Source of the DNA: Candidatus Magasanikiibacteriota bacterium
GTDB lineage: Bacteria; Patescibacteriota; Patescibacteriia; Magasanikbacterales; GWA2-37-8
DNA length: 64,000 bases
Assembly: GCA_009694865.1 (NCBI GenBank)
Contig: SICD01000001.1
Span: 403 to 64,402, forward strand
Direction of reading: 5' to 3'
Shown: one piece after another, positions 1 to 8,973 of the stretch
Layout: the number at the start of each line of letters is the position of its first letter
Position numbering within the stretch: the stretch's first letter is position 1
Made by a program: the position numbers and the translations under genes
Notes under the pieces: generated by a model
Databases searched by the model: none
Told to the model about the DNA's origin: nothing
Seen by the model: only the letters and a program-made list of their open reading frames with translations

Positions 1-217
1 TTGCGGCTTCCTCTAAAAATTTTGACATTCTTTTGATCAAGTCTTTTTTATTTTGTTGGAATGATTCTATGTAAAAATTTTCAAAGACACCAAAAACAAC
101 ATACTGGTTGTCGGCATTACCATGTGATGCGATAGCTTGAAAATCTTTAAAATCACGGATTTCAGGAATCAACCTTAATAATTCTCCAATACTATTTTGA
201 AAAGTTAAATTTTCCAT
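1..217 (-). CDS. Putative immunity protein (partial, runs off window start)
   Basis: ATG at 217, 5 bp after the toxin stop. Reads MENLTFQNSIGELLRLIPEIRDFKDFQ... with no stop to the edge; AT-rich. Not in the ORF track. Role inferred from position. Confidence 0.55.
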   Translation of the reverse strand, partial: MENLTFQNSIGELLRLIPEIRDFKDFQAIASHGNADNQYVVFGVFENFYIESFQQNKKDLIKRMSKFLEEAA

Positions 218-222
218 AAATA

Positions 223-2286
223 TTATTTATTACACAGAGCGTCTTCTATATCATTTATCAAATCGTTAACAACTTCTTGATCGGAAAGACGAGCCTTCGG
301 GTTGTTGTTTAACCAATTCTTTAACCCTTTGAGATACGCCTTACCTTTTAAACTATGGAATTTATTACCAACTTGATTCCCTGTGGCCAACTCTTCACGA
401 ATTGCTCCGGCCGTACCACCGGGAATTTTATCAGTTGGCTGAAATAATTTATCTATATAATTTTTTTGAAGTATTTGATCATCTGCTTTAGGCTTATTCA
501 AAACTCGCTTAACTGACGTTTGTCCGCAATCATCACCTGATTTATTCGGCGGCTGTGGAGTGGCGGTAGCATCGACAGATACACTCTTTGGCTGTACCTT
601 TGGTAGTGCCTGATCTTGGCTAAGCGAAACGTCTTGTGGAACAGGCTCTCCGCATCCCGCGCATTCTGGCCAAAATACTCCAACTATAATTCCAATAATG
701 GGCAGTGCTCTCAAACCAACCTTCGCTGCCGCGCCAGCTAACTCCGCCCCTCCAATGGCGGGCAAGGCAGGCCACGCAGGCGTTAACACACCTTCCGCCG
801 TTCCGGCAGTAAATGCTACGTAGCCGATTGGCGAAATAGATGGAGTATTTATAATAGCCTTCAAGGACGACTCATCCGTTATGGCTCCGGTATAATATAT
901 ACTACTATGAACATCAACCGTGCTTCCATCGCCCATATGAAAGCTCGCATCAGGCATTAATACTTTAATTTTCTTCACCACCTGCTTCGGTACCTCCACC
1001 ACATATTCATAAACCTCTTTCACTTTCTGGATAACCGTCTCCTTAACCGTATCATACACGGTTTTAACAACCCGATAGGCCTCTTCAGATTTTTGCGTCA
1101 CATAATCGGTAACTTGCCGAACGACTGGAACAATTTTTTCCACCAATCGTTTACCAGTTTGCCACACCGTATCCACTACTTGACGCACTACCTGAACTGG
1201 CTTTTGCACCCAACGATAAGCTGTCTCGCGCACAGTATCATAAACTGTTTTTACTACTGACACCGCGCGATTCACCCACTCCGTCACCGTGTCGTACACC
1301 GTGCGAGCCACGCTCGTTATCACGGGGACAACTCTGGCTACTGTTCGAGTAACATAATCGGTAATCGTATCGTATACCGTGCGAGCGACGTGAGTGATTT
1401 GTTGAACCAATTGAGTGACATACCCCCAAAACTTACCCAACCAACTACTTACTTGTTTCGGCACCCAACTGGTAACTGCATCCCAAACAGTACGGGCTAC
1501 TTGCCGAACCACTGGAACAGTTTCCTGTATCCACTGCGTCACATAGTTAGTCACGCGATCATACACAGTGCGAGCGATTTGTTTTGTCACCGCCACCTGC
1601 TGATTTACCCATTCGGTAATTTGGCGTGGTACTTGTTTAACTACTTCATAGGCTTCCCGAACGTTTTCTATCACGGTCTCCACCACATTTCTAACAACTT
1701 GGACGGGGTAGGCGTAGGCTTCTTCCACAAACGTTTTAACATATTCAACCACTTGCCGCACTATTGGCACAGTCTTCTCAATCAAACGCGTTCCAGTTTC
1801 AATTATGGTACGGGGCACCTCATGGACTACCTCCACAACCTTATCTACCCAGCGTTCACCGGTTTTAATTACTTTTTCCGTGGTATCAAAAACAACGTCA
1901 ATAATTTTCTCGACCCAACGCCCTCCATTAGAATCAGTAACATTATTTGCGGTCGATAAAACTGTTGCCACATTTGACCGGACCGGAACCGACACGGTAG
2001 TAGGGATTTCAACAACTTTCGCTGGCACTGTCGTGACAATTGGAAGAAGCGGCAATTCTGATGACGCGGCGCCAAAAAATGTTGGCTTGGGCGATCTGGT
2101 CAAAGGAGTTTGTAAACGTCCCGGAGCCGAAACAGTAAAAGGAATTGCTTGCTTTGAAGGCGCAGTGAAACTCCCGGCAGACGGACTAAAAATACCAATC
2201 GCGGCTGCGGGAACCACGTTTGAAAAAAAAGTTGAAACCAAAACCAAAAAAACGAAAAATTTTCTGATAATGATAAGTCGTTTCAT
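223..2286 (-). CDS. Secreted polymorphic-toxin-like protein with V/T-rich beta-hairpin stalk
   Basis: Signal peptide MKRLIIIRKFF...PAAA (likely start 2286); V/T repeats; hydrophobic LPIIGIIVGVFWP segment; C-terminus (GGTAGAIREELATG..VG.KFH..KG...L..WL..NP) resembles Rhs/CdiA-type toxin tips. Confidence 0.65.
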   Translation of the reverse strand: MKRLIIIRKFFVFLVLVSTFFSNVVPAAAIGIFSPSAGSFTAPSKQAIPFTVSAPGRLQTPLTRSPKPTFFGAASSELPLLPIVTTVPAKVVEIPTTVSVPVRSNVATVLSTANNVTDSNGGRWVEKIIDVVFDTTEKVIKTGERWVDKVVEVVHEVPRTIIETGTRLIEKTVPIVRQVVEYVKTFVEEAYAYPVQVVRNVVETVIENVREAYEVVKQVPRQITEWVNQQVAVTKQIARTVYDRVTNYVTQWIQETVPVVRQVARTVWDAVTSWVPKQVSSWLGKFWGYVTQLVQQITHVARTVYDTITDYVTRTVARVVPVITSVARTVYDTVTEWVNRAVSVVKTVYDTVRETAYRWVQKPVQVVRQVVDTVWQTGKRLVEKIVPVVRQVTDYVTQKSEEAYRVVKTVYDTVKETVIQKVKEVYEYVVEVPKQVVKKIKVLMPDASFHMGDGSTVDVHSSIYYTGAITDESSLKAIINTPSISPIGYVAFTAGTAEGVLTPAWPALPAIGGAELAGAAAKVGLRALPIIGIIVGVFWPECAGCGEPVPQDVSLSQDQALPKVQPKSVSVDATATPQPPNKSGDDCGQTSVKRVLNKPKADDQILQKNYIDKLFQPTDKIPGGTAGAIREELATGNQVGNKFHSLKGKAYLKGLKNWLNNNPKARLSDQEVVNDLINDIEDALCNK

Positions 2287-2317
2287 ACTTTTTTTCAAAT
2301 CATTATTAAAAAACAAA

Positions 2318-2347
2318 TTTAAAGCCCCCAAAATTGGGGGCTTTAAA
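2318..2347. terminator. Hairpin between pilin and toxin gene
   Basis: Perfect inverted repeat tttaaagcccccaa-aa-ttgggggctttaaa. Confidence 0.6.
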
Positions 2348-2349
2348 AA

Positions 2350-2526
2350 CTATAAGGGTTTTGTACCAAGTGCCGCGGTAGCGGCTTTAAAGGCATCGCC
2401 GAGTTTGTCTCGAAACGCCACCACCAGTATCACCAGCCCGGCAATAACCAAAGCTATTAATAGGCCGTACTCCGCCATGGCCTGGCCCGACTCATCAGAA
2501 AACCATTTTTTTACAACACGCGACAT
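2350..2526 (-). CDS. Flp/Fap family type IVb pilin (58 aa)
   Basis: Hand translation MSRVVKKWFSDESGQAMAEYGLLIALVIAGLVILVVAFRDKLGDAFKAATAALGTKPL has the G|QxxxEY Flp motif and a hydrophobic helix; below the ORF-track cutoff. Confidence 0.9.
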   Translation of the reverse strand: MSRVVKKWFSDESGQAMAEYGLLIALVIAGLVILVVAFRDKLGDAFKAATAALGTKPL

Positions 2527-2627
2527 ATGGTTGATGATATAAGAATAAATGTATTTAAAATATGAGCATGAGCTTTCTCGATTTAAATTTAGTTAAATGT
2601 AGAAATCGTGAGCGTTGTTTACACTTT

Positions 2628-2768
2628 TGTCATTCCGACCGAAACGAATCGCCTCGCGGCGATGAGTGCAATGGAGGTCATCACAGATACTCCGAGGAGT
2701 GAATCTCGCCGTAATGGCTTGATAAAATGGCTTAACTACGAGATCCCGCGACTGCGCTCGGGATGACA
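2628..2768. repeat. Family A palindromic element (TGTCAT...ATGACA)
   Basis: Ends tgtcattccg / cgggatgaca shared with many copies in the window. Confidence 0.85.
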
Positions 2769-2883
2769 ATTGGTGGTTATCGCAAAGTGTATACAACGCT
2801 CTAAATTCTTACAAGTTAAACTAACAAAACACGTCTCTAAAACATTGTAGGTACACTGTCACGAAAGCGACATGTTGTCAAAA

Positions 2884-2917
2884 AACTTATCCACAGGGTC
2901 ATTCGACCCTGCGAGCA
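2884..2917 (+). promoter_or_regulatory. 34-bp repeat with perfect DnaA box TTATCCACA
   Basis: 33/34 identical to the reverse complement of 11923-11956. Confidence 0.65.
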
Positions 2918-2930
2918 ATGGATAGCATCT

Positions 2931-3242
2931 TTAGTTTAACAAAGAGGCGATGTCGTTCCCCACGAAGAGGGCGTGCTTTCCCGCCCCGCCTTCAGCCAAT
3001 TCCAAACAGGCCACCGTCCCCTTCGGCCCCCTCGCCACTCGCCAAGGGCCAAGATTGGCCTGTATCTCAATAACTTTATTTTGCCAGTCAAGCCACACCA
3101 CGTCAATTGGGAAACGCATAAACCAAGTATGCACTCCCATACAATGAGGAATCAAAAGGGCTTCGTCCGGCGGCAAATTAGATTTTCCAAGAAGCCCAAT
3201 CAGACGAGCGAAAAATGTTTTGGCGGTATAAATAGTGAGCAT
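2931..3242 (-). CDS. DUF192 family protein
   Basis: R.GLLG...EALLI..C..VHTWFMRFPIDVVWLD motif. Confidence 0.85.
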   Translation of the reverse strand: MLTIYTAKTFFARLIGLLGKSNLPPDEALLIPHCMGVHTWFMRFPIDVVWLDWQNKVIEIQANLGPWRVARGPKGTVACLELAEGGAGKHALFVGNDIASLLN

Positions 3243-3249
3243 ACATACA

Positions 3250-4887
3250 TTATACCACCCCCTCGCTCGGCGGCGTTGGTTTCAGCGGTATCCAAAACCC
3301 AAACTCACTCCCCTTTTTAAGCCCCGCACTTTTGGCCCACACCCGCCCGCCATGGGTTTCAATAAACTTGCGACAGACATACAGCCCCAAACCCGTGCCG
3401 TTCACATTCTTATTTTTTACATTCTCGCCCCGATAAAACTTTTGGAAAAAATTTGGTTGGTCCACCACTCCAAAACCAAAACCTTTGTCGTTAACCCGAA
3501 CCGCCAAACCATCTTTCTCGGGCGCTACCGTTACCGTAATATCGCCGTGCTCGCTGTACTTAATGGCGTTGTCAATAAAATTAAATACCACATGGCGCAC
3601 TTTTTCCTCATCCATAATAATGACTGGTAATTTAATATGGCGCCACACCAATCGGGGACCACGTTGTTTAGCCCGCTCTTCCAATTCTTTCACCACTCCA
3701 TCTATTAAAACGGCCATATCATGCTCGGCAAAATCAAATTTGGTGCGCCCTTGCTCAATCCGCGTAATATCCAAAAATTCATCCACGAGTTTAATTAAGC
3801 GGCCGTTGCTCTCGTCAATATTGTGAAAAATATCTTTGGTGGCCTTGGTCACTTTGCCATACGCGCCATCACCCAATAATTCAATATAGCCGTTAATAAT
3901 AGAGAGGGGCGTGCGAAGCTGATGCGCCGCAATGGAAAGAAAATCGGTTTTCTGGCGGTCGAGCTCTTGCAAACGCGCATTGGCTAATTCCAAAGATTTG
4001 GCGAGTTTAGATAATTCTTCGCGCTGGGCAATTTCTTTAGTAACGCTTTTAACTAAAAACACTCCTAAACCAGCCACCAAACAAGCCAAAACAATTTTAA
4101 ACAAGATAATCGGGAGCGAACCAGACAACACCCCTTCCGAAAGAAGTAAAATCGTCAAAATAGCCACTAGAACTTCAGTGGCCACAATTTTAATGTCAAA
4201 TAAATGATATCTAAAGATAGCGTAGGCGATAAAACTAATTAAAATAACGGAGGAAAGCGGCCCCAAAAATACCGCCGCCGATGTTTTGAGAATAACCACA
4301 AAAATGACCGTTGTGATGGCCATAAAAGAAAACGTGGCGATGACTCCCAAAAGAAAAAATAAAATTTGAACCCGTTCGTTGCCGCTTGATTTGCGGTGCT
4401 TGTAGATTAGAATAATGAAACTTAAAATAAATAGACCGACAAAATCAGCAAAAAAAATACCAATGCCCGGCCCCGGTACTGGCACCGGTTCGCCGCTCGC
4501 GTAACTTAGAGAACTAAATACCGCCGGGGTTAAAGACGCAATGGCCGATGTGGCCATAAGAATAATAAGGGGAACAAGATAGCGCGTTTTAATAGTAAAA
4601 TGATCATGCGGGAAAGTTGCTACCAAAAATACCAAAGTGGGTCCAATAAACGAACAGGTAAACATTACAACCCTAATCCAAAAAAGTTGCGCCGCGACCT
4701 CCGGCGGGTGGAGTGAAATAAAATTGACTAAAATATAAACATCTATTAAAAAACTCAAAATAATAAAAAACCGACTCGTCCAACTTGCCCTATTTTTAAG
4801 CCAGACCACCAAGCCTAAATAGGTAGTAAACAAAAACGTAAAAATACCCAAAAGTATTTCGGCGTTGAAGAGCTGAAAGTAGTTCAT
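3250..4887 (-). CDS. Membrane sensor histidine kinase (7TM-type input, HisKA, HATPase)
   Basis: H-box AAHQLRTPLS, N-box NFIDNAIKY, G-box GTGLGL; likely start MNYFQLF at 4887. Confidence 0.9.
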   Translation of the reverse strand: MNYFQLFNAEILLGIFTFLFTTYLGLVVWLKNRASWTSRFFIILSFLIDVYILVNFISLHPPEVAAQLFWIRVVMFTCSFIGPTLVFLVATFPHDHFTIKTRYLVPLIILMATSAIASLTPAVFSSLSYASGEPVPVPGPGIGIFFADFVGLFILSFIILIYKHRKSSGNERVQILFFLLGVIATFSFMAITTVIFVVILKTSAAVFLGPLSSVILISFIAYAIFRYHLFDIKIVATEVLVAILTILLLSEGVLSGSLPIILFKIVLACLVAGLGVFLVKSVTKEIAQREELSKLAKSLELANARLQELDRQKTDFLSIAAHQLRTPLSIINGYIELLGDGAYGKVTKATKDIFHNIDESNGRLIKLVDEFLDITRIEQGRTKFDFAEHDMAVLIDGVVKELEERAKQRGPRLVWRHIKLPVIIMDEEKVRHVVFNFIDNAIKYSEHGDITVTVAPEKDGLAVRVNDKGFGFGVVDQPNFFQKFYRGENVKNKNVNGTGLGLYVCRKFIETHGGRVWAKSAGLKKGSEFGFWIPLKPTPPSEGVV

Positions 4888-5044
4888 ACTACTATAGTAT
4901 ATACTATTTTGGCTTGACTCACAACAAAAAAGTTTAAAAAGAACAGCGCCCCGCGGATGCGGAGCGCTTTGTTGCCTTGTTGCGAAGGCGAGCCCGAAGG
5001 GACCGAGCGACCTCGATAGAACCGAGCCACCCAGCACCCCAGTG

Positions 5045-5608
5045 CTACTTGCCGCGCGGGAGGACGTAGCGGGCGCCGAAGTCGTTGCCGACCCAGCCGA
5101 AGTCGAGCACCCACGCGTCGCCGCGCCAGAACAGGCCGGCGACGTAGAGGTTGCAGTCGGAGCGGCGCAGGCGAGTTGCGGTGAAGACGATGGCCTTCTT
5201 GCCCCGGAACTCCTCCGGGATGAGGTGCGGGTTGTCCCGCAGGTACACCGCGTCCAGGAGACCCTTGTTGGCCTCGAGGATCATCGCGCGACCGCACATC
5301 ACCTCGCCGACCACCGAGCCGCCGTCGCCCTCCTCGAAGAACGAGGGGTATTCGATCCCATTGGCCTTGAAGAGGGTGGGGATGACATCGGTCTCGACCG
5401 TAAAGCCGTGCTTAGCGGCTTCGGCGCTCGAGGGGAACTGCAGGTCGCCGCCGACGGCCTCGAACCGGCCTTCCGTGAGCGCCTGAAGCGCCACGTCCAG
5501 CTGGTCTGTGTCGAAGGGGTAGCCTTCCCGCTGCCGGAGCTGGCGGACGATCTCCAGCAACTTCCCGTCCAACTTGTAGTACTGATCGCCAGTGACGATA
5601 GTCGCCAT
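5045..5608 (-). CDS. GC-rich orphan protein (187 aa)
   Basis: AAGGAG SD before ATG; G/C-ending codons; 3' hairpins. Confidence 0.75.
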   Translation of the reverse strand: MATIVTGDQYYKLDGKLLEIVRQLRQREGYPFDTDQLDVALQALTEGRFEAVGGDLQFPSSAEAAKHGFTVETDVIPTLFKANGIEYPSFFEEGDGGSVVGEVMCGRAMILEANKGLLDAVYLRDNPHLIPEEFRGKKAIVFTATRLRRSDCNLYVAGLFWRGDAWVLDFGWVGNDFGARYVLPRGK

Positions 5609-5792
5609 GACAATCTCCTTTCGTAAGGCTCATACCCGCCAGCACACATGTGCCGACAGATGTTTGCCTGATTTGACTGGGTAGTTCCCAGCCTTCTTTC
5701 TAATCCCGAGTTAGTCGTGACCAAAAAGAAAGCTGGTAATTATAAAGTCCGCCTCTTCGGCGGATCAGCCGGTGAGGCTGAAACAACGGATA

Positions 5793-5821
5793 ACTATAAC
5801 ACATTTTAGCACGATTGTCAA
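5793..5821 (-). promoter_or_regulatory. sigma70 promoter for the 5045-5608 orphan
   Basis: TTGACA-17bp-TATAGT on the minus strand. Confidence 0.7.
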
Positions 5822-5882
5822 TAGTGACATACAAAAAATGGCTCTCATAAGCCATTAGATTCTTAGGTATCCTAAAAATACT

Positions 5883-6044
5883 CTACGATTCTACGCCATC
5901 TTTAATTTTTTTAACAATCGTAACAAGACTCTCAAGTATTACTTTTATCTCTCGCAGATCATCCTTAGTCGCCATAGTTTCCTTAACTATACGCATATCT
6001 TCTTTCAACCCAATTATTTCTTGTATAACTTTATCTTCATCCAT
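5883..6044 (-). CDS. Small coiled-coil hypothetical protein
   Basis: MDEDKVIQEIIGLKEDMRIVKETMATKDDL... Confidence 0.55.
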   Translation of the reverse strand: MDEDKVIQEIIGLKEDMRIVKETMATKDDLREIKVILESLVTIVKKIKDGVES

Positions 6045-6150
6045 AGTATTGTAGTAACAAAAATTAAACCTCACCTAACGTCTTAGAACTGGTAGCGAGT
6101 TATTTCTATAAGTGGCTTAACGTAGCCAAAAATTGACAAAAATTTTTGGC

Positions 6151-6278
6151 TGTCATTCCGACGACACAGGAGGTCTCGCGATCCCTCATAGGGGAATCTC
6201 TGGCTCACTCAATTGATGACATTTGTTGTTGGGTAAGCCAGAGATCCCTCGTCGGCGCGAGCCTCGCTCGGGATGACA
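6151..6278. repeat. Family A palindromic element
   Basis: tgtcattccg...cgggatgaca with internal aatctctggct/agccagagat arms. Confidence 0.85.
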
Positions 6279-6395
6279 ATTGGTGAAACTCGCTATGAAT
6301 TCTTATACCTTTTAGTATATATAACAAAAAAAGCCTTGTCAAACGCAAACACCGTTGTTGCTCGTTCCCCGTTTATATAATATAATTCCCCCACT

Positions 6396-7568
6396 ATGGA
6401 CAATTACTCTGCCTGGAACGTTCCCCAGCATTCTCCTGATATTTTTAAAACACTCCCCCCGCGAGAACAGCTAGAATATCTGTGCGCCTTGGCCCACCTC
6501 GCCCCCAGCACCCACAACACCCAGCCATGGCGATTTAAGATATCGGTGGAGACGCACATTATTGAACTCTATCTGGATCGCAACACCGTACTGCCGGCTT
6601 CGGACGTGGTGGGTCGACAATCGGTAGTGAGCTGTGGCACGGCGCTCGCTCACCTCAAACTCGCTTCGGAATATTATGGCTTTAAAGCAGAAGTGGCTAC
6701 CGCGTCAATTGATCCAGCGTCAGTGAAACCGCTTCCTGTTTCGAGCCTCCCCTCACCCAACCTCTCCCGTGAGGAGAGGAGGTCGTTCCCCTCGCCCCGC
6801 GGGAGAGGGACGCAGGGTGAGGGGTCGCCGCTCGCAATCATAGCGCTCACCCCAGCGACACCAAACCTAAATAAAGAAAAATTAATCACCAGTATCTGGA
6901 AACGAAAAATGATGCGCGCGGAATTTAAACCAGACCAACTCATCCCAACAGAAGTAATATCAGAATTAAAACAATGGACCGATAACGACGTAACAAAACT
7001 TCACATTATAACCGACCCGGTGCGACGCTTGAGCATCGCGGAATTCCAAGCCCAGGCCGATGGGTTTGTGATAAACTCAACAAAATTTAGCCGTGAGCTC
7101 GGCGATTGGCTCCTCCCCAACGATACAAATTCCCCGGTCGGCATGCCCGGCATTGGTTTTGGCCTGCAAGACGAAGAAGCTAAACGATTACACGCCGGAC
7201 TCTCTGGCGAAAAAGCTCTCGAAGCCGAAGACGGCCTGCGTTTTGCTTTGGGCGGAAAAATGGGGCTAGAAAAATCGCCGCTCATTGGCTTTATTACGAC
7301 CAAAGATGACACACCGGAAAGTTGGCTGGCGGCGGGCGAAGCGTTTGAAAAAATGAATTTAACGCTCGTTGCCGCCGGTTTAAGCGTTGCCATGCACGCC
7401 GGCATTACCGAAGTACCGCTCATTAAAAAAATTTTTAGCGTGTCGCTCGGCACGCTCCGGCCTATCACTGTGCTCTTTCGCGCCGGTTATTTAAAAAATG
7501 AGCACGATGCGAATCGCCCTCATTCTCCTCGTCTGCCACTCTCCGCTGTCATCCTGAAAGATAAGTGA
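6396..7568 (+). CDS. Acg-like FMN-binding nitroreductase family protein
   Basis: LAPSTHNTQPWRF motif, C-terminal SPRLP; carries an in-frame palindrome. Confidence 0.85.
   Translation: MDNYSAWNVPQHSPDIFKTLPPREQLEYLCALAHLAPSTHNTQPWRFKISVETHIIELYLDRNTVLPASDVVGRQSVVSCGTALAHLKLASEYYGFKAEVATASIDPASVKPLPVSSLPSPNLSREERRSFPSPRGRGTQGEGSPLAIIALTPATPNLNKEKLITSIWKRKMMRAEFKPDQLIPTEVISELKQWTDNDVTKLHIITDPVRRLSIAEFQAQADGFVINSTKFSRELGDWLLPNDTNSPVGMPGIGFGLQDEEAKRLHAGLSGEKALEAEDGLRFALGGKMGLEKSPLIGFITTKDDTPESWLAAGEAFEKMNLTLVAAGLSVAMHAGITEVPLIKKIFSVSLGTLRPITVLFRAGYLKNEHDANRPHSPRLPLSAVILKDK
6749..6824. repeat. Family B palindrome inserted in frame in the nitroreductase
   Basis: cccctcaccc...gggtgagggg, nearly identical to 61804-61878. 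Confidence 0.9.
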
Positions 7569-7584
7569 AGGATCTAATTTAAAT

Positions 7585-7718
7585 TGTCATTCCGAATCCC
7601 CCGTCGCAGGGGGTGAGGAATCTCTGTCTCAATCAACGTAACGACAGACAGAGATCCCCCTACGAGGGATCGCGAGACCTCGTCGCACCGCACGATACGG
7701 GGCTCGCTCGGGATGACA
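7585..7718. repeat. Family A palindromic element
   Basis: tgtcattccg...cgggatgaca between convergent genes. Confidence 0.85.
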
Positions 7719-7719
7719 G

Positions 7720-8970
7720 TTAAAAAATCTTCGCTGTCAAATTGTGTTTATTAATAATCGCCCTTGGCGGATAATCGTAACCAAGCCGAATTCGCGCCAC
7801 CGTTTCAGCCGCTACTGCACCCGCCATCGCCACGGTTGACCCCAGTTGCGGAATTAAAGTTGAAGTAGGAATTTCACTTTTTTCTTCAATAATATCTTTT
7901 AACTCGTCTTGACGATACGCGGTGCCAACGAGGCTATCCACAAACGCAAAAAATGCTTGCCTATTGCCAGGCCGATTATAAACTTCTTCCATTTTTTTAT
8001 ACAACTCACTATCGGTCGTTCCAAATGTGAGCGGAAGCGTTTGGTCTTGGTCAAATCGACACACATCCAGTTGCACAGCCGAGCCAATGTCCGTCACCAT
8101 CACCACCGGAAGTTTCCGTTTCCTTGCTTCCTCGCGAATGAATAATTTCACACGTGGATCATCCACTTCTTCCACAACAATATCGGTCGTTGGCTCGCCC
8201 TCTCTGCCATCAAAAAATTCTTTCACATTATCCAATGTCACGCCTTCGTCGTACACAAACACATTCATATACGGATCCATGGCATAAATTTGTTCCGCCA
8301 CGACCCGCGCTTTATTTTTTAACGCCAAATCTACTTCGCTTGCTCGCTCGGCCTGGCTTTTTACCATTTCAAAATATCCCAAACGCACGCGGTTAATATT
8401 TTCCATTTTATACAAACTCTTGTCGGCTACTTTAATATTACTCGGACGCATGTCCATAACCAGGCTATGGATGACGCTGCTCCCCACGCTGCACCCGGCC
8501 ACTGCCACAACAGTAGTAGATAATTTCTCTCGCACCTCTGCCCAGGATAATTTTTTATTTTTATCAGTCAGCAGGGTGGAACTACTGGTGACAGCCACGG
8601 TGTGATGCCAGTACGGCGGACAAAACCTCACTAGATGGTTCCGCTCGGCATAATAAGCATAATACCCATAAGCAAACGGCGCACCTGGCCCCAAAACGGA
8701 TAATTGATTGCTGTAATTTTCCCATTCACCATTAAACTCTTCACGCAAACTTTTCCCAGAAGCGCCCCGCGCCGAAAGCGTCAATCTCTCATTCAAACCA
8801 AAAATTGTGGCTTGGGTTAAATCGTATTGATGCGACGGTGGGACGCCTCGCTCCTCGCCATCAATCGTAATTTTTGTTGTTCCGTCATTTTCGTAACGCA
8901 CCAAACCTAAACTGTGAGCCACACCAGCTTCATAGATAAACGGTTTACCAATTAGTCGAGAAACGGACAT
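7720..8970 (-). CDS. ThiF/E1-like adenylyltransferase (Rv1355c/OxzB-like ThiF part)
   Basis: ERN motif, VAVAGCSVG nucleotide-binding loop, NINRV, DIVVEEVDD..VK..IRE.AR, PQLGS. Confidence 0.85.
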   Translation of the reverse strand: MSVSRLIGKPFIYEAGVAHSLGLVRYENDGTTKITIDGEERGVPPSHQYDLTQATIFGLNERLTLSARGASGKSLREEFNGEWENYSNQLSVLGPGAPFAYGYYAYYAERNHLVRFCPPYWHHTVAVTSSSTLLTDKNKKLSWAEVREKLSTTVVAVAGCSVGSSVIHSLVMDMRPSNIKVADKSLYKMENINRVRLGYFEMVKSQAERASEVDLALKNKARVVAEQIYAMDPYMNVFVYDEGVTLDNVKEFFDGREGEPTTDIVVEEVDDPRVKLFIREEARKRKLPVVMVTDIGSAVQLDVCRFDQDQTLPLTFGTTDSELYKKMEEVYNRPGNRQAFFAFVDSLVGTAYRQDELKDIIEEKSEIPTSTLIPQLGSTVAMAGAVAAETVARIRLGYDYPPRAIINKHNLTAKIF

Positions 8971-8973
8971 AGT

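Noticed and set aside
4888-5037. ORF-track N-terminal extensions (kinase, toxin, argS, eno, uvrB, prmC)
   Set aside because: They run through terminators or repeats; downstream ATGs fit the family starts.
5042-5626. 194-aa plus-strand ORF and other overlapping ORFs in GC-rich islands (e.g. 53263-53853)
   Set aside because: Antisense shadows caused by high GC; SD, promoter and codon pattern support the opposite strand.
6073-6127. Possible attC remnant (GTTAGGT on the minus strand before the 5883-6044 ORF)
   Set aside because: No matching RYYYAAC at a proper distance and weak pairing.
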